Assembly: GCF_001194135.2 (NCBI RefSeq)
Contig: NC_068982.1
Location: forward strand, 5,598,795 to 5,662,794
Direction of reading: 5' to 3'
Length of the DNA: 64,000 nt
DNA from: Octopus bimaculoides
Taxonomy: Eukaryota
Position numbers and translations under genes: made by a program. The notes beneath the pieces are model-generated. The model did no database searches. It was not told the DNA's origin and saw only the letters and a program-made list of their open reading frames with translations. Shown here piece by piece: positions 52,640 through 64,000 of this stretch (positions within the stretch are counted from its first letter, which is position 1; each line of letters starts with the position of its first letter).

Positions 52640-52781
52640 TTATTCATTCACCATTACACGTGTTTCATTTGCTAATAGAGGTTACAAAACTGTGCATGTA
52701 ATAGAAAACATGTAAGACGTCTGTTTTTAGAAATTCTTCAAACAGAGAATCAATGAAACACGTGTAATGCTGAATAAATAA
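52640..52781. repeat. Small foldback element (142 bp)
   Basis: Arms 52640-52669 and 52752-52781 match at 28/30 bp and contain ATTACACGTGTTTCATT. Confidence 0.75.
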
Positions 52782-53016
52782 TAGCAAAAATGCTCCAATT
52801 TACTGTTTTGATATTAATTACTCTGCAGTAAATATTCCCCAGCCTTTTCAACTTATGCCAAACCTCACACAAGAATAACAGCTACATACAGATTTGGTAC
52901 ACGAGAATAAGCTCCAGAATGTGCTTCAAGAGAAGACAGCTTGCATTTTAACTCTGTCTGTCTATCTGTCTGTCTGTCTATCTATCTGTCTATCTGCCTG
53001 TCTGTCTATCTATCTG

Positions 53017-53068
<52 letters not shown>

Positions 53069-53243
53069 CCTGTCTATCTGTATATCTATCTATATATACA
53101 TACATACTTACATACATATTTNNNNNNNNNNTATCTATCTACCTGTCTATCTGTATATCTATCTATATATACATACATACTTACATACATATTTATGCAT
53201 ATACATACACACACGTGTGTGTATGTGTATCTTTATACATATC

Positions 53244-53274
<31 letters not shown>

Positions 53275-53599
53275 CTATATGTATATAAAGTGTGTGTGTG
53301 AATATATATATGTATGTATGTATGTATATATAAATGTATGTTTGTACGTATGCATGCATGTATTTTTTCATGTATTCTCACTTCTATTTCTAATGTTTCT
53401 TGACTTAAAACACCAAAAGACCCCTTTCTCCTCACAACATACACCCTCATCCACATTTACGAGCCACAGAAATATGCTTTATTAAAATCAAATCGGAAAT
53501 GTGCTCACATAGCGATATATTTTGTTGGACGTTAATAGGGAGAAGTCGGCTAAACCCCTACCTTTTTACAATAATTACACGCACGCACGCACACACCAC

Positions 53600-53665
<66 letters not shown>

Positions 53666-54235
53666 CATGATCGTCCTCGAAAATGCGACCTAATTATGAG
53701 TTCCTTCAGATCTTATATTTTGGCTAATTATTCAGGTCGGCCTTCGCGCTGTGTCAAACCCTATCAACTGATGTGGAAAGAAGATCAAATATGAGCAATA
53801 TTAGTGCAGTGTAGCGTGAAAAATGTGGACCACTTGACAGTATATATTGTAAAGGCATGGGTAATAAAAGTAGATAGGTGTACTTTCGGATTTCAGGCCC
53901 TTAAGTACTTGGTTACAGAGGGTTCTAGGTGCGGTTGGTTGTTTATTCGAAAATTAACACAACTCATCGTCCGCTGCGCTAGAAATAGTAGCCAAACGCT
54001 CTTCAAATTACAGCCTTTGCGCACAAGAAGGAAAAGATCCAGCAAAAAGCAAAACAATAAACAAACAAAATAAAACGCTTGGGTTAATTTTGAACATGGT
54101 TCTTCTCGACTGGTGTTCAATAGAGCTGAATAACAACAACATTATTTGTCTAAGTCTACCTTGTACCTTTATCGTGATAATGAACTTTAGAGATTAGATA
54201 GCTCAGAGAAGACATTCGCGTCAAAAATAATAGTT

Positions 54236-54372
54236 GGTACCTTTTGGTTATCTCACCCCCATTAAAAAATTGGGTTATCCCCCCCACCCCCGATTTATGA
54301 AATATGTCGGTACTTTTGGTTATCTCCCCCAACTAAAAAAATTATTTAACCGTCAATAAAACAAACAAAAAA
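54236..54372. mobile_element. Single-ended fragment of the GGTTATCTC MITE family
   Basis: GGTACCTTTTGGTTATCTCACCCCATTAAAAAATTGGGTTATC... matches the termini at 21214 and 41956. Confidence 0.75.
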
Positions 54373-54374
54373 AT

Positions 54375-55560
54375 GGTTTTCGGCTGCCAATGCTTCCTTT
54401 CCATAAACAGTTTTGCGGTTATCCAGGCACATCTCTCTTCTTTGCCTTCGGGCTGCTGCCACAGCTCTACGGAGTGGTGGTTCTTCAAAGTGTCCATGAT
54501 ATATTTATCCCTGGTATCAAATTGTACCAGGGTTTTTGTTCCGTCTTTTTTCTTCTCTTCTGGGACAGTGGGGTGGGATCTTTAATCTTTTCTTTGTGGG
54601 GGGAGGGGGGCATATGGATGGAGAAAGTGCATGCGTTCTCTTATTTTTCTGGGTGTCATGACCCCCCCCCCCTNNNNNNNNNNNNNNNNNNNNNNNNNNN
54701 NNNNNNNNNNNNNNNNNNNNNNNNNNNNNNNNNNNNNNNNNNNNNNNNNNNNNNNNNNNNNNNNNNNNNNNNNNNNNNNNNNNNNNNNNNNNNNNNNNNN
54801 NNNNNNNNNNNNNNNNNNNNNNNNNNNNNNNNNNNNNNNNNNNNNNNNNNNNNNNNNNNNNNNNNNNNNNNNNNNNNNNNNNNNNNNNNNNNNNNNNNNN
54901 NNNNNNNNNNNNNNNNNNNNNNNNNNNNNNNNNNNNNNNNNNNNNNNNNNNNNNNNNNNNNNNNNNNNNNNNNNNNNNNNNNNNNNNNNNNNNNNNNNNN
55001 NNNNNNNNNNNNNNNNNNNNNGGCAGTGCAGGTGATTTGGAGGAAGGTAATTTTGTCCGTCCTGTTATACAACAGGGCGGCCATCACCTCCTTTGCCTCA
55101 ATTTCTGGTGGTACTTCCGATACTCTGACTCGTGCTGTTCTCCTTCCCATGTAGGTTGGGAGCAGCAGCACCTCCTTCGTTTTCAGAGGACCTACTGAGT
55201 GCTCTTGGGCTTTTTCGGCCGTCTCAAATCTGGCCTCTATTGTTCTATATGCCCGACCCCTCGCTATGTGCTTTATGTCTTTCCATATAGGGGCCAGGCA
55301 TTTTTCTATTTCGCACGTTTCGAAGTGCTTAAATATTTTCGATGTAGGACAGTACGTTTTGTAAACGACTGTCCTTCTCTTCATATTTTCCACACTAGGG
55401 GAGGGTGAGATCTTTATATCCCCACTCTCCTCTTTCATTCTTTCAAAACGCTCGGAGAGCTTCTCCTTTTGTATTATCACGTTTTCACATGAAAACTGCC
55501 GCGAACTTTTTTGCTGGCTCATCCAGCGGGTTTACTTGTTGAATTATTTCAACCGACATT
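54375..55560 (-). mobile_element. 5' end / ORF1-like region of a non-LTR retrotransposon (L1/Tx1-like)
   Basis: An open frame runs from the ATG at 55522 to the gap (~167 aa; RRM-like ...RTIEARFETAEKAQ...TARVRVSEVPPEI). Coding-like sequence continues past the gap with one in-frame TAA and ends at a MITE terminus. Confidence 0.5.
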
Positions 55561-56062
55561 AAAAAAAAAAAAAAAATTATACGCCCTTTTAAATCCTAGC
55601 CAGGCTCATGGGGCCTGGTTTCCCGGTTTCTATGGCGTATGTGTTCCCCTGGTGAGTGAACAAGTTATATACGTACGTATGGTGCATATATATATATATA
55701 TTGTGTTGAGTACAAAGTTACTTTATTCGTCAACTTACAACAAAAACATCCAAGCATTCGCAATAGAAGCCATAGAAGCCATCGTGTTGCACCGTCTGAA
55801 GCCATCTTTCTTCCTGGTTTTTAACCCTACGCTGATACCAGTTCTGTCTTTCGAGGCGAAGAACTTCACTGAAGTTTCCGCTTCCTCTTGGTTGATGAAG
55901 TGTCGCGAGAGCAGAAGGTGAGCCACGGATCGAAATAAGTACGCATACACACATACACACACAAATGTGTATCGTGCCTCGCCTCCAATGTATACACACA
56001 CACACCCAATGTGTCGAGTGAAAAGTTTTGCAAAATTTTTGTAGCTTATTTTGTCGGTGCAG

Positions 56063-56447
56063 GAGAGGCTGCGTAGCAAGACGCTTGCTTCCCAACCACA
56101 TGGTTCCGGGTTCAGTCCCACTGCGTGACACCTTGGGCAAATGTTTTCTACTCTAGCCTCGGGCAGATCAAAGCCTTGTGAGTAGGTTTGGTAGTCGGAA
56201 ACTGAAGGAAGCCCGTCGTATATATATATAAATATGTATTTGTGTGTCTGTGTTTGTCCCCCCACCATCGTTTGACAACCGATGTTGGTGTGTTTACGCC
56301 CCCGTAACTTAGCGGTTCGGTAGCAGACCGATAGAATAAGTACTAGGCTTACAAAAAATAAGTTCTGGAGTCGATTTGTTCGACTAAAGACGATGCTTCA
56401 GCATGGCCACAGTCAAATAACTGAAACAAGTAAAAGAATAAAAGAAT
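56063..56447 (+). mobile_element. SINE family A
   Basis: Complete copy with AAAAGAATAAAAGAAT tail. Confidence 0.88.
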
Positions 56448-57654
56448 ATTTGCTTTATTCGCAAAGCTACAACAAAGGCAGCCTAGCATTCAAACTAGAG
56501 GCCATTGTGTTGCACCGTCTTCGCAATTTTCCGTGGGCAGTTTGGAATGTAGAAATAAACCATTTCTGATGAGTCTTATTAAAAATGGCATTAGTCAGTT
56601 CTACCTTCAACTGAAGCTATCGAAATTCCTGTGGCTTAACCACAAGCCCTAATTGCACTGTGAAGCCAAATATATATCTAATAACCATATGGGTATAACT
56701 GTATGTGTGTGTGCGGAGTGTAGGGGGCTTGTTTGTGTGCGTGCGTGTGAGAGAAAGGAGCGTCGTTTAAGTGGCGGAAAGTGAACTTAATGAAAACAAG
56801 GCCGTTTCAAATATACTGAATGAAAATCTGGAATAAATCCATTCTGCGCCAGCATGCAATAGGCTAGTTAGGGACCCAGTTCTTCAAATGACTCCTAAAG
56901 CAATGCAATTTGTTATCGTTTTCGTACGATCAACGAAGTTAAACTAATTTTTTGTAGCAAGAGAAAGGATTAGAAGCTTTACGTTAAAAGGGTCGCCAAA
57001 ATCAAAAACAAGACGAATGAATAAAAGAAACCACAAAGTCCCTTTATGTGTAGCTAGGAATATATGCATGCTGTTAGAAGATCCTTAACTCACAGATTCC
57101 ATGGACGAAATCATAAACCTAAGCAAAGATAACTATAATTTCTGTCTACCAAATCCACTTAGAAGGCTTTTGTCGGCCCGAGGCAAGAGTAGAAGATACT
57201 TGCCAGAGGTGCCACGCAGTGGGACTGAACCCAGAACCATGTGGCTGGTAAGCAAGCTTCTTACCACACAGCCACGCTAGTAATATTTAATTGTAAAAAT
57301 ACAACAGGATTTTTTAGACATCGAAAGATCATGAGGGTCCACTTGAATAAAATAGGAATCGAAAGTGTCCATAGGTAAAATTTGGTTGCGGACCATTGTA
57401 TTAGATGACCATAATAGGAGAGCTAAACACAATGCGAAGCAGGCAAATGAGAACTGTTCCGAAAAACTTCTCACAAAGGGGAAAAAACGACAAATGGATA
57501 AGACCTAATATATTTCTGGCAAAAGACTTAGAATAAACAAAATAACAATGCAAATGGATCTGGAGTACTTCAAAATACGAAACCTTACAACAAACAAGAC
57601 ATCATTATAAGCACTAGTTTATCAAATTTTTGATAATTCCTGTCCTAATTTAAG

Positions 57655-58037
57655 TAGCTTGCTTACCAGCCACATGGTTCCGGGTTCAGTCCCACTGCGT
57701 GGAACCTTGGGCAAGTGTCTTCTGCCATGTGAATTGATTTGGTAGACGGAAACTGAAAGAAGCCCCTCGTATGTATATATATATTCGTGTGTATGTGTGT
57801 GTGTGGGGGGGGGGGGTGTTTGTGGTTGTATGTTTGTGTTTGACCCCCCACCATCGCTTGACAACCGATGCTGATGTGTTTACGTCCCCGTAACTTAGCG
57901 GTTCGGTAAAAGAGACCGATAGAATTAATTCTAGGCTTACAAAGAATAAGTCCTAGGGTCGATTTGTTCGACTAAGGGTGGTACTCCAGCATGGCCGCAG
58001 TCAAATGACTGAAACAAATAAAAGAATAAAAGAATAA
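57655..58037 (+). mobile_element. SINE family A (a partial minus-strand copy lies at ~57140-57277)
   Basis: Family-A motifs. Confidence 0.85.
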
Positions 58038-58269
58038 AGTTACAATAACAGCAGAGGCGTTTAACTGGGCAAATATGGAAACTATATTTAATCAGGAGGG
58101 AGAGATTAAAGGGGTTGGCTAAGTTTTCAGTCTTGAAACAGAAATTGGCAAAATGCTTGGACGATGCTACAGCAGAGCAAAGTCAATAACGTTTGAAAAT
58201 AGCCTTTTGTCATTTTATAATTCTTGTGAATAGCTCATCTTCTGAAATACATGTATCATATTTGCATAG

Positions 58270-58640
58270 TGGAGGCGCAATGGCCCAGTGGTTAGGGCAG
58301 TGGACTCACGGTCATGGGATCGCAGTTTCGATTTACAGATGGGGCGTTGTGAGTGTTTATTGGGCGAAAACATTTAAAGCTTCACGCGGCTCCGGCAGAC
58401 GGTGGTGGCGAACCCTGCTCTACTCTTTCACCACAATTTTCTCTCACTCTTTCTTCCTGTTTCTCTTGTACCTATATTTCAAAGGGGCCAGCCTTGTCAC
58501 GCCGAATCTCCCCCAAGAACTATGTTAAGGGTACACGTGTCTGTAGAGTGCTCAGCCACTTGCACGTTAATTTCACGAGCAGGTTGTTCCGTTGATCGGA
58601 TCAACTGAAATCCCCCGTCGTCGTAACCGACGGAGTGCCA
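58270..58640 (+). mobile_element. SINE family C flanked by a ~103-bp direct duplication
   Basis: GGAGGCGCAATGGCCCAGTGGTTAGGGC head to GTAACCGACGGAGTGCC tail. Confidence 0.9.
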
Positions 58641-59102
58641 CGAAAAACGAAAGCTACCGCAAAGCAAAGTCAATAACGTTTGAAAATAGCCTTTTGTCAT
58701 TGTATAATTCTTGTGAATAGCTCATCCTCTGGAATACATGTATTATGTTTACATAAGATTCTATTATTAGCGTTTTAATGACCCAGCCAATTACCCAGTT
58801 TTCATTGTAAACAATAGATAATGAGTGTCGATTGCTTCCACTCACTATTTCCACTGTAAATGTGTGAGTTTCGTGTAGGAAGCAGTTTAATAAATGTTCT
58901 AGATTCCTTATTAAGTTGTTTGTCGGCACCGCCTTCGAGTGTTTAGCTCGTTACTGCGATACCATTATCATTTTTTCAAGTCTGGTACCACATTTATCGA
59001 TGACTACCAGCCGTTAATTAATAGGGCATAAACATACTAGTGCATACACGGACACAGTTTAACAGACACATACACACACACACACACATATACAGACGCC
59101 CC

Positions 59103-59143
<41 letters not shown>

Positions 59144-59223
59144 NNNNNNNNNNNNNNNNNNNNNNNNNNNNNNNNNNNNNNNNNNNNNNNNNNNNNNNNN
59201 NNNNNNNNNNNNNNNNNNNNNNN

Positions 59224-59261
<38 letters not shown>

Positions 59262-59263
<2 letters not shown>

Positions 59264-59640
59264 GCGTGGCTGTGCGGTAAGAAGCTTGCTTCCCAACCTC
59301 ATGGCTGCGAGTTCGGTCCCACTGCGTGGCACTCTGGGCAAGTGTCGTCTACTGTAGCCTCGGGTCAACCAAAGCCTTGTGAGGGGATTTGGTAGACGGA
59401 AACTGAAAGAAGCCCGTCGTATATATATGTATATATTTATGTGTGTCTTTGTGTCTGTGTTTGTCTCCCCACCTCGTCACTTGATAACCGATGTTGTGTT
59501 TACGTCACCGTAACTTAACGGTTCGGCAGAAGGAGCCGATTGAATAAGTACCAGGCTTACAAAGGATAAGCCCAGGGGTCGATTTTTTCGACTAATAGGC
59601 GGTGCTCCAGCATGGCCGCTGTCAAATGACTGAAGTGTGT
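59262..59640 (+). mobile_element. SINE family A
   Basis: Complete copy. Confidence 0.88.
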
Positions 59641-60098
59641 GTGTACGTTTGTCCTCCACTACACCACTTGCCAACCGGTTTTGGTTTGTTTACGTCCCTG
59701 TAACATAGCGGTTCGGTTAAACAGACCGATAGAATAAGTACCAAGCTGAAAAAATAAGCACTGGGGTTGATCCGTTCAACCTAAATTCTTCAAGATTGTA
59801 ACTCCCCGCCCCCCCCACCAAAATTTCGGGCCTTGTGCCTAGAGTAGAAAAGGATATTTATGTTCCTGCTGTACTTATTTATGCAAATATGGAAATACAT
59901 AAATTTTTTTTGCAGTTCTATTTTTATGCCTGTATATTATGTATTCTTACTGGGAATCGAAACCGCGGTCCCACGACCGTTACTGACTTACTCTGAGCGC
60001 AGTAATGCATATACGGACACAGTTGCAGAAGCACATACGCACACACACACACACACACGCACACACACACACACACACATACAGACACCTCATATATA

Positions 60099-60228
60099 CA
60101 AGGTGATTCAAAAGCCACCATACATAGGAAAAATTAATTTTTTTATACGAAACAGTTAAATAAAAAAAGAAACTGTTTCTTATAAAAACTGAATTGTTCT
60201 TATGTATGGCGACTTTTGAATCACCCTG
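60099..60228. mobile_element. Tc1/mariner-type MITE (130 bp)
   Basis: ~29-bp TIRs CAAGGTGATTCAAAAGCCACCATACATAG / CTTATGTATGGCGACTTTTGAATCACCCTG with TA on both sides. Confidence 0.88.
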
Positions 60229-60432
60229 TATATATCCTGTGAATAATAATAATAATGGTATTTTTTATATAAGCTTAATGCTTATGGTGATCACTGTGCA
60301 ATGACCTTTCACCGAAATATCTATATCTGTAGGCGAGGCTGGGGTAAAAAGCTTGCTTTCCAACCACACGGCATCCAGGCTGTCATATGTGTGCATACAT
60401 GTATACACACGCACACACATATATGTACATAT

Positions 60433-60980
60433 CGTGGCACTCCGTTGGTTACGACGACGAGAGTTCCAGTTGATCCGATCATCGGAACAGCCTGCTCGTG
60501 AAATTAACGTGCAAATGGCTGAGTACTCCACAGACACGTGTACCCTTAACGTAGTTCTCGGGGTTATTCAGCGTGACACAGTGTGACAAGGCTGACCCTT
60601 TGAATTACAGGTACAACAGAAACAGGAAGTAAGAGCGAGAGAAAGTTGTGGTGAAAGAGTACAGCAGGGTTCGCCACCATCCCCTGCCGGAGACTCGTGG
60701 AGCTTTAGGTGTTTTCGCTCAATAAACACTCAACGCCCGGCCTGGGAATCGAAACCGTGATCCCATGAGCGTGAGTCTACTATAGACATAAGACTTGAAA
60801 TTTGGGGGGATGGGGCCAGTCGATTAAATCGATTTCAGTATACAACTGGTACTTAATTTATCGAGCCCCGAAAAGATGACAAGCAAAGTCGACCTCGGCG
60901 GAATTTGAACTCTGAACGCAGCGGCAGACAAAATACCGCTAGGCGGTTCGTCCGACGTGCTAACGATTCTGCCAGCTCGC
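60433..60980 (-). mobile_element. SINE family C (60433-60775) followed by SINE family B (60790-60980)
   Basis: Reverse-complement family motifs. Confidence 0.85.
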
Positions 60981-61421
60981 TGATCTGCCATCTCTTATAT
61001 TGTAACAGTGACAACTGTCAGCTTTGCTAAATAACTGGTTATTTCTTTTGATCTCATTAACTTGGTAAACCTTTAATCGATGTTTGTTTTTAACTTGAAT
61101 TTGCCATGCTGAGTATCACTAGAAGCAATTTATAAAGATAACATTATCAAAATCGTAATGTAAATAAATAAACATATCAGCGGAAAATATAAACAAAATG
61201 CCATCGTTTTTAGAAGGAATCGAAATTATAAAAAAAAAGTATTTTGTTAAAGACTTTTTCTTGAAGCTATTAACATGATAATGGTTTATATAATTGCTAC
61301 AAAATGATAAAAGGTTGGCGGTGATTAACAGTATATAAGGTGAGAATATTTTTATAGTAGGAACAAGCGTTCAAGTGTTTGTGTGAGAACGTATATTAAT
61401 TGCTTCGTAATAGCGTGTAAG

Positions 61422-61780
61422 TAGAGGCGCAATGGCCCAGTGGTTAGGGTAGCAGATTCGCGGTTATAAGATAGCGGTTTCTATTCTCAGACCGGAGGTT
61501 GTAAGTGTTTATTGAGCGAAAACACCTAAAACTTCACGAGACCCCGGCAGGCGGTGGTGGCGAACTCTGCTGTACTTTTTCACCACAACTTTCTCTCACT
61601 GTTTCTGTTGTACCTGTATTTCAAAAGGGCCAGCCTTGTCACACTCCGTGTCACGCTGAATCATCCCCGAGAACTACGTTAAGGGTACACGTATCTGTGG
61701 AGTGCTCAGCCACTTAGACGTTCATTTCACGAGCAGGCTCAAATGGAACACTCCTCGTCGCAACCGATGGAGTACCACAA
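61422..61780 (+). mobile_element. SINE family C
   Basis: GAGGCGCAATGGCCCAGTGGTTAGGG head; GAGAACTACGTTAAGGGTACACG body. Confidence 0.85.
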
Positions 61781-61869
61781 ATAACGTTTAAGAGGTAAAC
61801 AGATAGAGACTCGTAAGAAGACAACAGTTGGGGGATTTGCGAGACTCAAATTAGTTCATTGGTATTTAT

Positions 61870-62020
61870 TGTTTCTTTTTTACTTGTTTCAGCCATTAGA
61901 CTGCAGCCATGCTGGGGCACCGCCTTGAAGAATTTTTAGTTGAATGAATCGTGTCTGCTGTACCGAACTGCTAAGTTAGGAGACGTAAACACACCTACAC
62001 TAGTTGTCGAGCTGTGGTGA

Positions 62021-62094
<74 letters not shown>

Positions 62095-62250
62095 GACTAT
62101 GGGCTTCTTTCAGTTTCCGTCTACTAGATCCACTCATAACGCTTTAGTTAGCCCGAGACTATAAAAGACACTTTCCTAAGGTGTCACGCAGTGAGACTGA
62201 ACCCAAAACCATGCGAATGGGAAGTAAACTTCTTTTCACACAGCCACACC
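61870..62250 (-). mobile_element. SINE family A
   Basis: Reverse-complement copy with a long internal (CA)n. Confidence 0.82.
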
Positions 62251-62679
62251 TGCAGCCGCAGAGACCCATTGCGGGCACTTCATCAACTTTTAACATAATA
62301 ACTGGCAACATTGAACGGGGAAGATGTTGATTTAATGGCTGGAGACATAAAGATAATACTCAAATGTAAACTAAAAAAATTGGGATTTTAAAATCATTAG
62401 ACGAGAGTTTCTTAAATAATTAACAGGAAATCCGATGTAAATCAACCAATGATATTCCTTTCTTGGAAGGGCGCGGGTGGATTCACCACGGGAAAAATAT
62501 GAAAAGAAGTGAAAGAGTTTGAAATGTGTTTTGAAGAAGTCAATCCTGAATATTGGCCTTGTACCACTTCAAAGGTATAGTATCATGGTCCTTACTCTGT
62601 CAACCATTGATAGGAAAGCACCAGGATTTCTAGAGGGGAAATCTATGTGTGAGTGTATGAATTATAAACATACATACAT

Positions 62680-62817
62680 ACGTACATATATACATACATA
62701 CATGTATAAATGCATACAGGCAGACACACGTATATGTATATGTTGTATGCGTGTGTATAGACATACATACATAATACATACATACATACATACATATAGG
62801 ATGATGAAGATGATGAT

Positions 62818-62871
<54 letters not shown>

Positions 62872-63071
62872 TTTGCTTCTGTGCCTGTCTCCTACTAGCG
62901 CTTGATGACTGGTGTTAAGTCCACGTAACCTAGCGGTTCGGGTAAAGTTCACCGATAGAATAAGTGTCAGGTTAAAAAAAAAAAATACTGGAGTCGATTT
63001 GCTCAACTAAAATTTTTCCATGCGGTGCTCCAACATGGCCGCAGTCTAATGACTGAAACAACCAAAAGATT

Positions 63072-63105
<34 letters not shown>

Positions 63106-63124
63106 ATATGTATGTATATGTATG

Positions 63125-63177
<53 letters not shown>

Positions 63178-63267
63178 NNNNNNNNNNTATATATATATAT
63201 ATATATGCATACATATACATACATACATACATACATATATATATGTGTGTGTGTGTTTGTGTGTGTG

Positions 63268-63299
<32 letters not shown>

Positions 63300-63934
63300 T
63301 GTATGTATGTATGTATGTATGTATATTTCGGGTCATAACTTCATAACATGCCTATAACGGTATAGCTCCTATACCGTTATCGGCTGCCACATGCCACTCT
63401 ACAGCAGGCCATTTTGCAAGGATGGATAAACATGTGAAACTCCGCTATTGCAAAGGACTCATAGAAGAATAATAGAGCAGGACAATGGAAAATACCAGGC
63501 TTTAATAGCAAGTCACAACATTTGTTTCTGCATCAGACGTCAGTTTCACATTGTTGAGTTTACATTCGTATATCATTGTACATGATTATTCTTTGGAATT
63601 ACTATATTACTATGCGATATTAATACTCATGTAAATTATGAATTGCTTGGAATTGTAATGTCAATCAACAGAATGAATGAATCGACGGAAAAGTTAATTT
63701 CTAAAGCAGCGTATTAAGGAGTAGTGAAGTCGGGGCTAGAGCAGAGGACACTCATGTGATCGAAACCGGAACCACGTGGTTGAGAAGCGAGATTCATTAT
63801 GCCTCTAATGAGGCCAGAAATTTAGAACATAAACGTTAGTTAGCATACATACATACATACATGCGTGTGTATATATACGTATGTATATGTGTTTGTGTAT
63901 CTCTCTCTCTATGTCTCTGCACACACACACACAC

Positions 63935-64000
<66 letters not shown>
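62680..64000. repeat. Compound (TACA)n/(TG)n/(TA)n/(CA)n microsatellites with a SINE A 3' half
   Basis: Simple repeats; representative of dozens of similar tracts across the window. Confidence 0.9.

Overview
AT-rich, microsatellite-laden eukaryotic DNA from a gapped draft assembly. The repeat complement (three or four tRNA-derived SINE families, plus (CA)n, (TA)n and (TATC)n tracts) suggests an octopod cephalopod, probably Octopus; this is inference. The only supported host protein-coding gene is a single-exon-CDS NRARP (Notch-regulated ankyrin repeat protein) at 3881..4219 (+), and the remaining ~60 kb looks like gene desert. That desert holds a decayed CR1/L2-type LINE ORF2, a decayed Tigger/pogo transposase, an L1/Tx1-like ORF1 fragment, many SINEs, several MITE families and two degenerate tRNA copies. 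Almost all other ORF-track entries are microsatellite or N-gap artefacts. I found no CRISPR, viral or prokaryote-like system, and no clearly new biological system. The best second-look items concern mobile-element behaviour: head-to-tail SINE stacks with a recurring junction, a ~103-bp duplication flanking a SINE, a SINE/LINE shared 3' end, two hAT MITEs at one target site, and a polarised minisatellite inside a MITE. There is also a candidate E-box/CSL enhancer downstream of NRARP. Repeat coordinates were read by eye and are approximate.
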